From positions 129,795 through 193,794 of the forward strand of contig CAVUZH010000015.1 of assembly GCA_963745835.1 (NCBI GenBank): a stretch of 64,000 bases of DNA. The letters run 5' to 3'. Positions 9,573 through 17,975 of this stretch are shown here, one piece after another; position 1 is the first letter of the stretch, and each line of letters opens with the position of its first letter. The notes beneath the pieces were generated by a model. The model ran no database searches, was not told the DNA's origin, and saw only the letters and a list, made by a program, of their open reading frames with translations. Source of the DNA: an uncultured delta proteobacterium (GTDB lineage: Bacteria; Desulfobacterota; Binatia; UBA9968). Made by a program: the position numbers and the translations under genes.

Positions 9573-10280
9573 TTACGGCACTTTCGACATAGCTTGAGCC
9601 ATTCCTCCAAAGTAAGCCCGATGAATGTCCATCGACTCTTTCGCGGTCTTCAGCACGTCTTGCTCACGCCCCGGCCGGACGTATTTTTCCAGTACATCGA
9701 TAAACATATCCGAATGTTTTACATCAGCCTTGCTGTGGGCTGTAAAGTTCGGCATTTGCGCATCGCTAAGGTTTAAATCCGTTTTCCAGATATTATACAA
9801 ACGACTGCAATTCCCGCCGCCAAGGTCCCCCAGTAGCCGATCATCGTTGGTCCATTCCGCAATCGTCGATGCCGCGATTGCCTCCTGCCAGGGGCGGTTA
9901 CGGGCAATCCAGAACCAGGCGTAAATCGCCGCTGTCGTTGTCGGTAACGGTTCCGCATTCACGATCTCGTCCAAACTGAGCCCAACCTCCTTGCCTTGAC
10001 GAAAAATCAGATCGAGATGACCGTGCTTCGAGTGCTCATCCTCAACTAACTCCTCGTACTCATGAGAGAGAATTCGCTGTTTGACGTCGAATTCGGGGCA
10101 ATTTGCAGCCACTTGCGGCCAGAAGTTACGGCGCTGCCGGACGTAGAGGCTCAGTTGCAAGAGATAGATTCGCGCCCGTTGCGTGGTCATTGCGATGGAA
10201 TAGAAGTGCTCCATCTCAGAAGACCGAAACAAGTAGCGCACACATTCACCTAATTCCTGACGCCATTCCTGTGCTTTCAT
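9573..10280 (-). CDS. heme-oxygenase-like (PqqC/TenA-type) iron-containing redox enzyme family protein
   Basis: All-helical ORF with the E..H / E.E..H-type spacing (SHEYEELVEDEHSKHGH; AHSKADVKHSD) seen in PqqC/TenA-like proteins. The start was trimmed to the ATG at 10280, which is preceded by GGAGGA. Confidence 0.68.
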   Translation of the reverse strand: MKAQEWRQELGECVRYLFRSSEMEHFYSIAMTTQRARIYLLQLSLYVRQRRNFWPQVAANCPEFDVKQRILSHEYEELVEDEHSKHGHLDLIFRQGKEVGLSLDEIVNAEPLPTTTAAIYAWFWIARNRPWQEAIAASTIAEWTNDDRLLGDLGGGNCSRLYNIWKTDLNLSDAQMPNFTAHSKADVKHSDMFIDVLEKYVRPGREQDVLKTAKESMDIHRAYFGGMAQAMSKVP

Positions 10281-10545
10281 GGAAGGTCCTCCTAAGGGGT
10301 GAATCAAAATGAGATTCGTCGAAATACACGATAGCCTCGCAAAAAGCCGCGCGGCCATGGGTCAACAATCTCGGCAATCAGTTGTAAGCACTAGCCGATC
10401 CGTTTAAGGATTGTCAAGTATTCGGGGCGAACCCATAACAATTGCGAATGCTTGATATTACGGAAGGCGCTTAGGTCGGTAAAGTGCCAGCCGTCTGACC
10501 TAAAGAAAGAAGACCACGAGACGGCAAATCGGTGTAGGAACAAAC

Positions 10546-11452
10546 ATGACGCCAGTTGAAAAACAAACCAACTTATTCCCACGCTTTTCCGATGAAGAGT
10601 ACGTTTCCCCTATCGCGTCGTGCGTTAGGCCATGCAAGAACAAGACGTTCATGCATTCTAATTTTCGGTGCACGGGGCTCTTCCGAGGTCCACCTATATT
10701 TCGAATTATCTCGCGCAATCACCCTGCTGGGTTTTGATTCCCCGCGATGGAGATGCCACCTGTTTTATTCACTTCTTCAATCATCAGCGCCGTGTGCTAA
10801 AGCCCAATCGATTATTTCCGATGTGCGCTGGTACGGGCCTTCGCTATGCCGACGCTTGTTGAAGAGATCCGGCGTAAAGGCCTCGACAAGTGCAGAATTG
10901 GCTCGTGACTCTGCGCGCAATACCCTATGGCCACGTCACGGAACTCAAGCGTCTCCTTCCCGAAGCAGATCTCGTAGAGTTCGGTCCCTCATTTAACCGA
11001 ATTCGGAGAGTCCGTAGCAAGGAGGAACTAATCTAACCTCAGGCGCAGTGGATTCTTGACCGATCTCGCCTGCATTGCGCTTGAGCAGCGTCTTCATCCT
11101 GGAATGAACGAGCAGGAGATTCTTGGGGTCATCTACGATGCCTACGTTAACACGGCGGCGACCCAGGCATCCACTTCATAGCAAAGCACCCGTATGGACG
11201 AGCCCGACCGGTTTGTCCCTTGGCAGCGCGCAACCGAAAGAGTCTTGGAGACTGGCAGCGTCGTTATTACCGAATTGACTATGAGCTACTGGGCTATTCG
11301 ACTCAAATCCACCGTCCCTTTGCCGTGGGGCGCGAGCCCTCGGCGCTCTATCGTAAGCTCTTTGATGTCGCTCTAGAGTGTTACGAAAATGTCAAAAGTA
11401 TTTGCCGGCCCGGTGTTACGAGCGAAGAACTCACACGGCGACTTCGGTAATT
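10546..11452 (+). pseudogene. M24-family (creatinase/Xaa-Pro peptidase-like) metallopeptidase, multiply frameshifted with in-frame stops
   Basis: Pieces in three frames read in order: FPRFSDEEY…; IPRDGDATCFIHFFNH…; LVEEIRRKGLDKCRIG…ELKRLLPEADLVEFGPSFNRIRRVRSKEELI(stop); GMNEQEILGVIYDAYV…; GSVVITELTMSYW.GYSTQIHRPFAVG.EPSALYRKLFDVALECYENV…RPGVTSEEL. Confidence 0.65.
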
Positions 11453-11472
11453 GAATAAAACGGATTCACGAC

Positions 11473-11758
11473 TTAGTGATGTAATGCCTCGCCGCCTGTC
11501 GGTTTCACCAGCACCGCGGCACCGAGTTGCAGTCCTGCTTTGCAGTCGCGGGGTGATCGGGTTGGGCTGGATGACGTGAACCATGTTTTCGATTAAGGTC
11601 CATGGTTCCAACGGATGAGCGGCGCTTCGTGTCCCTAATTCGGGCGCCTTTCCCGCTTCGCCGTGGAACACACTGTCATATCCTTTTAAATTTCCGGTTT
11701 GCGGGTGGTCATAGCCTAGCTGCTGACGCGGAGATCTAAGCCTTTGGGTTTGCTTCAC
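11473..11758 (-). pseudogene. C-terminal fragment of an M24-family peptidase on the opposite strand (one frameshift)
   Basis: GYDSVFHGEAGKAPELG…LIENMVHVIQPNPITP then, in the adjacent frame, DCKAGLQLGAAVLVKPTGGEALHH(stop). This is the usual M24 C-terminal pita-bread end. Confidence 0.5.
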
Positions 11759-11900
11759 CTAGAAATCGCTACGAAAGCGGTTCAGCCGCGGCGAGGTTAC
11801 CACTCTTACATAACATTGGCGCGTACATGACCTCGGCGCGGAATTCTCGTCTAGTGACTTTGAAAGAGCGTCGTAGTTAAACTTATTTGAAGACTTTAGC

Positions 11901-11929
11901 TTGACACGTCAGGTGATGATCCTTAGATT
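11901..11929 (+). promoter_or_regulatory. candidate sigma-70 promoter upstream of rpoD
   Basis: TTGACA (11901-11906), a 17-nt spacer and TAGATT (11924-11929). About 280 nt upstream of the rpoD ATG. Confidence 0.4.
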
Positions 11930-11999
11930 TTACGATGCCCGCGACGCGACCAAGTAGCCAACGCCGTAACTCAAAGCCGAAGTTCCTGTGATCTCGTGA

Positions 12000-12021
12000 T
12001 TCTCACATTATTCTCACATTA
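12000..12021 (+). repeat. perfect tandem duplication of the 11-mer TTCTCACATTA in the rpoD leader
   Basis: Read directly: two adjacent identical copies at 12000-12010 and 12011-12021, preceded by the related GTGATCTC/GTGATTCTC. Confidence 0.8.
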
Positions 12022-12024
12022 ATG

Positions 12025-12049
12025 GAGACATGGCTTGTGGCCGTGTCTC
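12025..12049 (+). promoter_or_regulatory. stem-loop in the rpoD 5' leader
   Basis: GAGACATGGC (12025-12034) pairs with GCCGTGTCTC (12040-12049). That gives 9 Watson-Crick pairs plus 1 G:U, with a 5-nt loop. Confidence 0.45.
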
Positions 12050-12210
12050 AGTTATGAGAATTTATCAAGGAATGGCGCCGAAACAATTGAGAAGGCAAAT
12101 GGCATCATATTCGCTTCGATTTTTCTACTAAAACTGACGCCCATTACCGAAAAGAGCGCCGCCAGGCTGAGAAGTGAAGGCCCTTGTCGTCTAAACATTG
12201 AGGAGAAACC

Positions 12211-13740
12211 ATGCGGACAGATATCGAACCCAATCGACCCAACGATGAATTGTCGGAAGTCGAAAAAGATGAATCAGACGAGCTAGACGCAGATGAACCC
12301 GAGTTGGAGCTCAGTTCCGATGTTGCGACAGAGGAGGAACAGGTCGGGGAAGCCGAAGCGCAGCCTGAAGAAAAAGGACTGACAGTCGATCCAATTACCA
12401 CCTACTTACATGAAATCGGATCCATTCCGCTACTTAGCCGAGAACGAGAAGTCGAGCTCGCCAGGAAAATGGATTTGGGCAAAAACGCGATCATTGAAGC
12501 CCTGTTTAATGCTCCCATGTGCCTGCACTATACGATCAGCCTTGGCGATGCTGTGGCCAGTGGAGAGCTCGATATCCGGGAAGTTTTAGAAAAATCGGAC
12601 GCGGAGGAAGACGAGAACCGGGTAAGCTTCGATGCCAAGCCTTTTCTTAGAGCCATAAGCAAACTCAAGCGTCTCAGGCACGAACAAGATAAGGTTCGCC
12701 GGCAGCTGAATCAAAAACGCGTATCGGAACAGCGTCGGAACGCTCTCGACAAAACCCACGCAAATCTCGTCAACAGAATCGTCGGCCTACTGCGCGAGGT
12801 TGGGCTGTCCTCGTCCCGCCACGAATCCATGGTGCAGAAGCTGAAACAATCGTCCAAGAGCATCACCGAACTCGAGGAACGCGCACATGCGGCTACCAAG
12901 TCCAAGCGCGCCGGGCTCGTAACTGAAATTGAGCAAATTGAAGCCGGCGTCGGGCTTAGAGCGGGCGAAATACACGCGCTTGCTTCCCGAATTACTGAAA
13001 CCGAGAGCTTAGTGAATGTAGCCAAAACCGAATTCACCGAAGCTAACCTCCGATTGGTTGTCAGCATCGCGAAGAAGTACACGAACCGAGGCTTGAGCCT
13101 ACTGGACTTGATTCAGGAGGGTAACCTCGGGCTAATGAGAGCGGTTGAGAAATTTGATTACCGCTTGGGGTACCGGTTCTCTACTTATGCAAGTTGGTGG
13201 ATCCGACAAGGGATCACACGCGGTTTGATCGATACCGGACGGATGATTCGCATTCCGGTCCACCGAGTTGAACTCAGGAACAAAGTTATTCAGACGGCTC
13301 ATCATTTACAACGGACCCTGGGCCGGGAGCCTAAGCCGGAAGAACTGGCAAAAGAGATGGACATGTCTGTTCCAGAAATGCTTAGAGTCATGCAAACACA
13401 AGGCGAACCTGTCTCGCTGCAGACACCGGTCTGGGAAGACGGTGATCAGCTCGCCGATTTCGTCGAGGACCGTATCAATCCTCAACCCGATAAAGAAGCA
13501 ATGGAAGGAGTCCTGAGGACCGATGTCAGAAAAGCTCTGGCGGTTTTGACACCTCGGCAGGAAACTGTCTTGAGAATGCGCTTCGGTATCGAAGAAGAAA
13601 GAGATTATACATTAGAGGAACTCGGGGAGATCTTTGCCGTTACCCGAGAGCGAATCCGGCAGATCGAGCAGAAATCACTTCAGATTCTGCGCAATCCTAA
13701 TCGGCGGAAACCAATACCGTCGACCAGCGATGCGGCGTGA
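12211..13740 (+). CDS. rpoD: RNA polymerase primary sigma factor (sigma-70)
   Basis: 509 aa. Acidic N-terminus; region 1.2 [25 protein letters not shown]; region 2 [53 protein letters not shown]; region 4 [33 protein letters not shown]. Confidence 0.95.
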   Translation: MRTDIEPNRPNDELSEVEKDESDELDADEPELELSSDVATEEEQVGEAEAQPEEKGLTVDPITTYLHEIGSIPLLSREREVELARKMDLGKNAIIEALFNAPMCLHYTISLGDAVASGELDIREVLEKSDAEEDENRVSFDAKPFLRAISKLKRLRHEQDKVRRQLNQKRVSEQRRNALDKTHANLVNRIVGLLREVGLSSSRHESMVQKLKQSSKSITELEERAHAATKSKRAGLVTEIEQIEAGVGLRAGEIHALASRITETESLVNVAKTEFTEANLRLVVSIAKKYTNRGLSLLDLIQEGNLGLMRAVEKFDYRLGYRFSTYASWWIRQGITRGLIDTGRMIRIPVHRVELRNKVIQTAHHLQRTLGREPKPEELAKEMDMSVPEMLRVMQTQGEPVSLQTPVWEDGDQLADFVEDRINPQPDKEAMEGVLRTDVRKALAVLTPRQETVLRMRFGIEEERDYTLEELGEIFAVTRERIRQIEQKSLQILRNPNRRKPIPSTSDAA

Positions 13741-13775
13741 CGCCCGCAGCGTCTCGATCAGACTTAGAGTGACAT

Positions 13776-13821
13776 GCAGCGTAGCCTCTGCTCCTACTCG
13801 CGGAGGCTGCGCTGTTTTTTT
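13776..13821 (+). terminator. rho-independent terminator after rpoD
   Basis: GCAGCGTAGCCTC … GGAGGCTGCGCTG stem with one mismatch, followed by a run of 7 T. Confidence 0.7.
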
Positions 13822-14166
13822 GATGGACATCCAGAGCCGGTGTATTTCTGAATCGTTTGGGGGGACTCTATTACAGATGCAAGCACTTGCTCACCAAGCG
13901 CTTGAACGGCCGACAACCGTTCGTTGCCCCCAAAAATTGCTCCCTTATATTGGTTGCCTACAAATGATCGGCTTTGGCGGCCAGAGACAAAAGGACCGAT
14001 CCAGGAGATATTTGAACCTCGATCGAAGGCCGGGGAGCGCAGCGACTTTAGCACCGACCCGCTAGAGAAGCCTTCGTAAGTAGTTGCGTTCTCCCGACGT
14101 CGTTTTTCTTGCTCGAGTACTACCGGACGGATCACCTTGCAATCCGCGAGAATTCCACTCCCTCCC

Positions 14167-15546
14167 TTACGCTAACGGCTTCAATTCGCCGAGCATTGTC
14201 GGTATTAACTCTGTGACGGTCGGATGAATGTGCATGGCGCGCTGGATCACTGTATACGGCGCTTTGGCGTACATCACGTCCAGGATCGAATGAATAACCT
14301 CGTCGCATTCGATACCGAGCAGGGCGGCGCCTAGGATCTCTTTGGTCTCGGCATCGACCAGAACTTTCATAAATCCCTGTGTCTCGCCTTTCTCGACCGC
14401 GCGGCCGACGCGCTCCATCGGACGCTTTCCAATCAAAGCTTTCCGCCCCGACTTTCGCACTTCAGCTTCAGTCAGCCCGGCTCGACCCAGCGGCGGATCA
14501 ATATAGAGCGCGTAGGCCGTGATGCGGTCGCTCACGCGGCGCTGGTCACCATCCAAAAGATTGGCGGCGACAATTTCATAATCGTTGTATGAAGTATGAG
14601 TGAAGGCTCCTCGGCCGTTGCAATCGCCCAGGGCGTAGATGCCGCTCACGTTGGTGCGCAACTGATCATCCACCTTGATATAGCCGCGTTGATCCACAAC
14701 AATGCTAGTGGTCTCCAAACCGAGGTCCTCGGTATTCGGCACGCGGCCCAGCGCGAGAAGCGCGTGCGATCCGATGATTGTTTTATCTCCGCTAGTGCAA
14801 TCGACATTGACGGCTAGCTTGTCCCCGCGCTTGTCCAGTGCGATGCATTCAGCGTTGAGTCGCATGTTGATGCCATCATTTTCCAGGATTGTCCTGATGG
14901 CTTCGGACACGTCTTCGTCTTCACGTTGAATCAGGCGCGGCCCCATCTCGACCACCGTCACTCCACTGCCAAAGCGGCGGTACATCTGAGCAAACTCCAA
15001 ACCCACGTAGCTGCCGCCGACGACAATCAGATGCTCGGGCAGAAAGTCCACTTCCATGATGGTTGAGTTGGTGAAATAGCTCACCTGATCGAGGCCGGGG
15101 AGCGGCGGAGTGGCGGCGCGTCCGCCGACATTGATAAAGATTTTATTCGCTTCGAGCAATTTATCGCCGACACGAACCTGATACGTGTCTTCAAAGCGCG
15201 CATGATCTTGATAGACCGTCAGTTTCTCAGTGCTCTTCAGCCACTTCTCTACGCCTTCATTCGAGCCACGCACGACAGCGTCTTTGCGCTCCTTGACTTT
15301 CTTCATGTCAACATCGATCGAGCTGTCGATCCTCACGCCATACTCGCCGGCGTGTCGCGCGACATGAGCGGCGCGCGCACTTGCGACCAGTGTCTTGGTC
15401 GGGATGCAGCCGGTATTGACGCAGGTGCCGCCGAACCGCTTGCGCTCAATGATCGCCACTTTCATTCCTGTGCTTGCCAGCCGGACCGCGAGCGATGGCC
15501 CTGCCTGCCCAGTGCCGATGATGATCGCATCATATGTAGTTGCCAT
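14167..15546 (-). CDS. class-I pyridine nucleotide-disulfide oxidoreductase (dihydrolipoamide dehydrogenase / mercuric reductase-like)
   Basis: 459 aa. FAD fold YDAIIIGTGQAGPS, redox-active disulfide GGTCVNTGCIPTK, NAD fold VVGGSYVGLEFA, and a C-terminal dimerisation domain with HIHPT. Confidence 0.88.
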   Translation of the reverse strand: MATTYDAIIIGTGQAGPSLAVRLASTGMKVAIIERKRFGGTCVNTGCIPTKTLVASARAAHVARHAGEYGVRIDSSIDVDMKKVKERKDAVVRGSNEGVEKWLKSTEKLTVYQDHARFEDTYQVRVGDKLLEANKIFINVGGRAATPPLPGLDQVSYFTNSTIMEVDFLPEHLIVVGGSYVGLEFAQMYRRFGSGVTVVEMGPRLIQREDEDVSEAIRTILENDGINMRLNAECIALDKRGDKLAVNVDCTSGDKTIIGSHALLALGRVPNTEDLGLETTSIVVDQRGYIKVDDQLRTNVSGIYALGDCNGRGAFTHTSYNDYEIVAANLLDGDQRRVSDRITAYALYIDPPLGRAGLTEAEVRKSGRKALIGKRPMERVGRAVEKGETQGFMKVLVDAETKEILGAALLGIECDEVIHSILDVMYAKAPYTVIQRAMHIHPTVTELIPTMLGELKPLA

Positions 15547-15808
15547 TAGATTGGGTCTCCCGAACCTTTTGATGAGGTTTTTACGTTCCGTACCTTCCGC
15601 TTCTTGTTTATGGTCACCTGCTAGACTGACGGCGATCAGCGGTAAATCATGTTATTAAGCCCGAATAGTTATCCGCGACCAATATTGGGAAAATTTCACG
15701 ATGCACTCTTCTGGAATCAACAGTCATTTCTTGTTTCATATGACTCGTGAGTCTTTTGTCTTGAATATCGATTTAGTTCTCGCATCTACCGGGAGCCGAA
15801 CGCCCAGG

Positions 15809-16120
15809 TTATCCATAGATGACTACTCCCACGATCACAGCAGTATCCTGCAGGATCCAACCGATGCATGGCAAATAGATGTTTTTGTCGCTTTTCTGTT
15901 TTCCGAACCATAACCAAAGGATGGCGGAAACCAGGTAAGCGCTCCACGTGAAGAGAGAAACCCCGGCCGCCTGCTGGCCGATCCATATGGTCAAGACTTG
16001 CGGGATGGTCATGAGCATGGTGAAGACAGACATGGCTCCCAATAGACGACGCAGTCCTGCGTCGGAGCCAGAACGATGAACCGCAGCGGGCATCGGATTT
16101 GGATTCATAGCCATCTCCAA
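15809..16120 (-). CDS. SemiSWEET / PQ-loop family transporter
   Basis: About 100 aa with three predicted TM helices and the PQ motif in TM1 (FTMLMTIPQVLTIW), followed by a W..YG-like block (LWLWFG). Confidence 0.72.
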   Translation of the reverse strand: MEMAMNPNPMPAAVHRSGSDAGLRRLLGAMSVFTMLMTIPQVLTIWIGQQAAGVSLFTWSAYLVSAILWLWFGKQKSDKNIYLPCIGWILQDTAVIVGVVIYG

Positions 16121-16176
16121 GGCAAATGTTTCGTTTTATTAGGAGCGCTTAAACCGTTCGGCAGGACCCGGATTCT

Positions 16177-16464
16177 TTACCGCCGAAGATTAAACGAGCA
16201 TCCCCTGCGTCTCATGACATAGCGCCAGGTCCAAGCGGCAGGCGGGATAGCGCGCATGACGGGATGTTGCATCTCATGGTAGTGTTTGGTCGCGTGCTTG
16301 CCCGTCGAGGAATCGCAACAGCCGACATGGCCGCACGATTGGTATTCGCCAAGAGCAACCCAAACAGTTTCCTGAGCGAGTCACTCTTCGCACGCACCGG
16401 GAGTTCTCTGCGCGGGAAAAGCGTCGGGCGTTAGCCCTTCAAAATGTTCACACAACTTTGCCAT
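16177..16464 (-). CDS. UBP-type zinc-finger protein interrupted by one in-frame TGA (16381-16383) at a conserved Cys position
   Basis: GGAGGA-N5-ATG. Translation: MAKLCEHFEGLTPDAFPAQRTPGACEE[TGA]LAQETVWVALGEYQSCGHVGCCDSSTGKHATKHYHEMQHPVMRAIPPAAWTWRYV…. The CGHVGCCDSS..KHA.KH core is diagnostic of bacterial zf-UBP proteins. The same frame continues across the TGA. Confidence 0.6.
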
Positions 16465-16689
16465 TATGGTCCTCCACTCTCAAAATTGCAGTTTGACTTA
16501 TGACGTCGTGCCGTTCTCACTAATATTGTAAGTCACTCCTGCTCGAATTTGCATCATAGGGTGCTCCTCCGTGGAATAGTAGGATCAGTCGCTTACTCCG
16601 ACTCCTCATACACAGTTACCTCTCGTGCGGGTGACCTGTTTATATGCAAGATCATTATAAGCTTTTTAACAAAAGCACTATCCAGCTCA

Positions 16690-17110
16690 TCATAAAAAAG
16701 GAACGGTATTAAGATTGGCGAGGCTTGCCCGAGGAGTAAAGTTTGTCTGTACCCCTTGAACTGGAGGCAATAAGGCGCTGTCCTTCTCGTTCATATAGGT
16801 TTTCAAGAGGCATCTTAAGTTAGCCGTTGCCAACATTGCCGCAATGACTGTTATGTAAATGAGAATGCTCACACCAACGGTGACCAGGAGAATGAGAAAA
16901 AGAGGATTTCTCGTTGTGCAGCGAAGCTACGTGCGATGGCGCATTGAGAAGTATCGCGTATGCCGAAAACAGAAATGCGTGGGCAGCAACGAACCAACTC
17001 AGTCGCTGATTGATCAGATTATCTTTATGCTCGAACTCGTTCGATGCTTCTGGGGTGAGCGAATCGCAACCAGAATCCAAAGAGAAACGAGTGCAGGTGA
17101 TCATCGCCAA
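16690..17110 (-). CDS. hypothetical small two-TM membrane protein, split over two overlapping frames
   Basis: Frame 1: …NLINQRLSWFVAAHAFLFSAYAILL… (TM1). Frame 2: LILLVTVGVSILIYITVIAAML… (TM2). The frames switch near a T5 run around 16880. No family recognised. Confidence 0.3.
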
Positions 17111-17617
17111 AGGTGCCCAAGTACGGGCCGCAAGTCATATGCCGTTGAGACACACGGCGATATGATCGCGCTGGCGCGCGATCATTAATGCGACCGGTGA
17201 CGAGTAAGTCGAAACATAGGAGTCCAAAGGCGTTCGAGTGTACTATGGGCCGACATTCATGGAGGTGGAGTTCATCCAGCGGTAGCGGTTCAGGGCCAGC
17301 CAACTCCAAATGCCGTTCACCGGCATCCCCGCGGCCACGAAGGTCAGCACGGTGGCAACATCGGCCCGCGGCGATTGGCTGCATCCGCTTTTCTTCATCG
17401 TGAACTTGTGAAGTCCACTCTTGAGAACCTGCGGTCCCGCCGCGCCCCCTTTCAAGACCGATAGATTTCTGTGTCGTCACTGGTCGTGATTGTCGGACAT
17501 TGTTATCTTCCTAATTGTCGAGTTGCGGTAGCCTGGCACCGCAAAGGCTGAACCGAGTGCGGAGGAGAAGGCGGTTGATCTTTCTCTGAGCGAAGTCGAT
17601 CTCGGATCAGACGGTGG

Positions 17618-17899
17618 GTGGAGACGACGCTTGAGCGTGGGGTTTTGTCTCTTGAGGACTCTGCTCATCGTATCAAAGAGCTTCGCCAGGAACGGGAGAC
17701 GCTTTTGAGGCGCAAAGTGGAATTACAGAAAAAGTCCCGTTCGGCGGTGCGAGTTTTGCCGAACTGGCCTCATGGCCCAGTATGTCCGAGACATGCAGGT
17801 ACGCCTACGCGAAAAACAGATCGGCTATAAAAAGACCTTCCTACGAGAGATTTTGAAGGGGTCAGAATCAAAGGTACCACGGTCACCCTGAGATATTAA
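17618..17899 (+). pseudogene. C-terminal remnant of a (large) serine recombinase, in three frames
   Basis: …LERGVLSLEDSAHRIKELRQERETLLRRKVELQKK… / MAQYVRDMQVRLREKQIGYKKTFLREILKG / VRIKGTTVTLRY(stop). This resembles the coiled-coil plus terminal beta-strand tail of recombinase-family proteins. No catalytic N-terminal domain is present. Confidence 0.45.
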
Positions 17900-17912
17900 T
17901 TCCCCCTAACAG

Positions 17913-17962
17913 CAAGAACTCCTCCTGCCAACGCTAAAACCGGGGGTAAAGAGGAGTTCTTG
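17913..17962. repeat. perfect 12-bp inverted repeat with a 26-nt spacer, immediately 3' of ssrA
   Basis: CAAGAACTCCTC (17913-17924) and GAGGAGTTCTTG (17951-17962), read directly. No U-run follows it on the ssrA strand. Confidence 0.75.
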
Positions 17963-17975
17963 ACACTGTATAATT

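Noticed and set aside
12000-12021. Tandem repeat considered as a CRISPR or minisatellite
   Set aside because: It has only two 11-nt copies with no spacers and no cas genes in the window. It is reported only as a leader-region duplication.
13794-14135. 113-aa minus-strand ORF between rpoD and the oxidoreductase
   Set aside because: No RBS, no recognisable motif, and it overlaps the rpoD terminator region. Probably non-coding.
17243-17500. Second in-frame TGA (MSDNHDQ-TGA-RHRNLSVLKGGAAG… with an AGGAAG upstream)
   Set aside because: Neither side of the stop shows any family resemblance, and no Cys-aligned homology argument is possible. Most likely it is a chance short ORF abutting another ORF in a decayed region.
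17960-17974. Consensus TTGACA and TATAAT hexamers next to the tmRNA 3' end
   Set aside because: They are only 3 nt apart, so they cannot act together as a -35/-10 pair. TTGACA is part of the right arm of the 12-bp inverted repeat.
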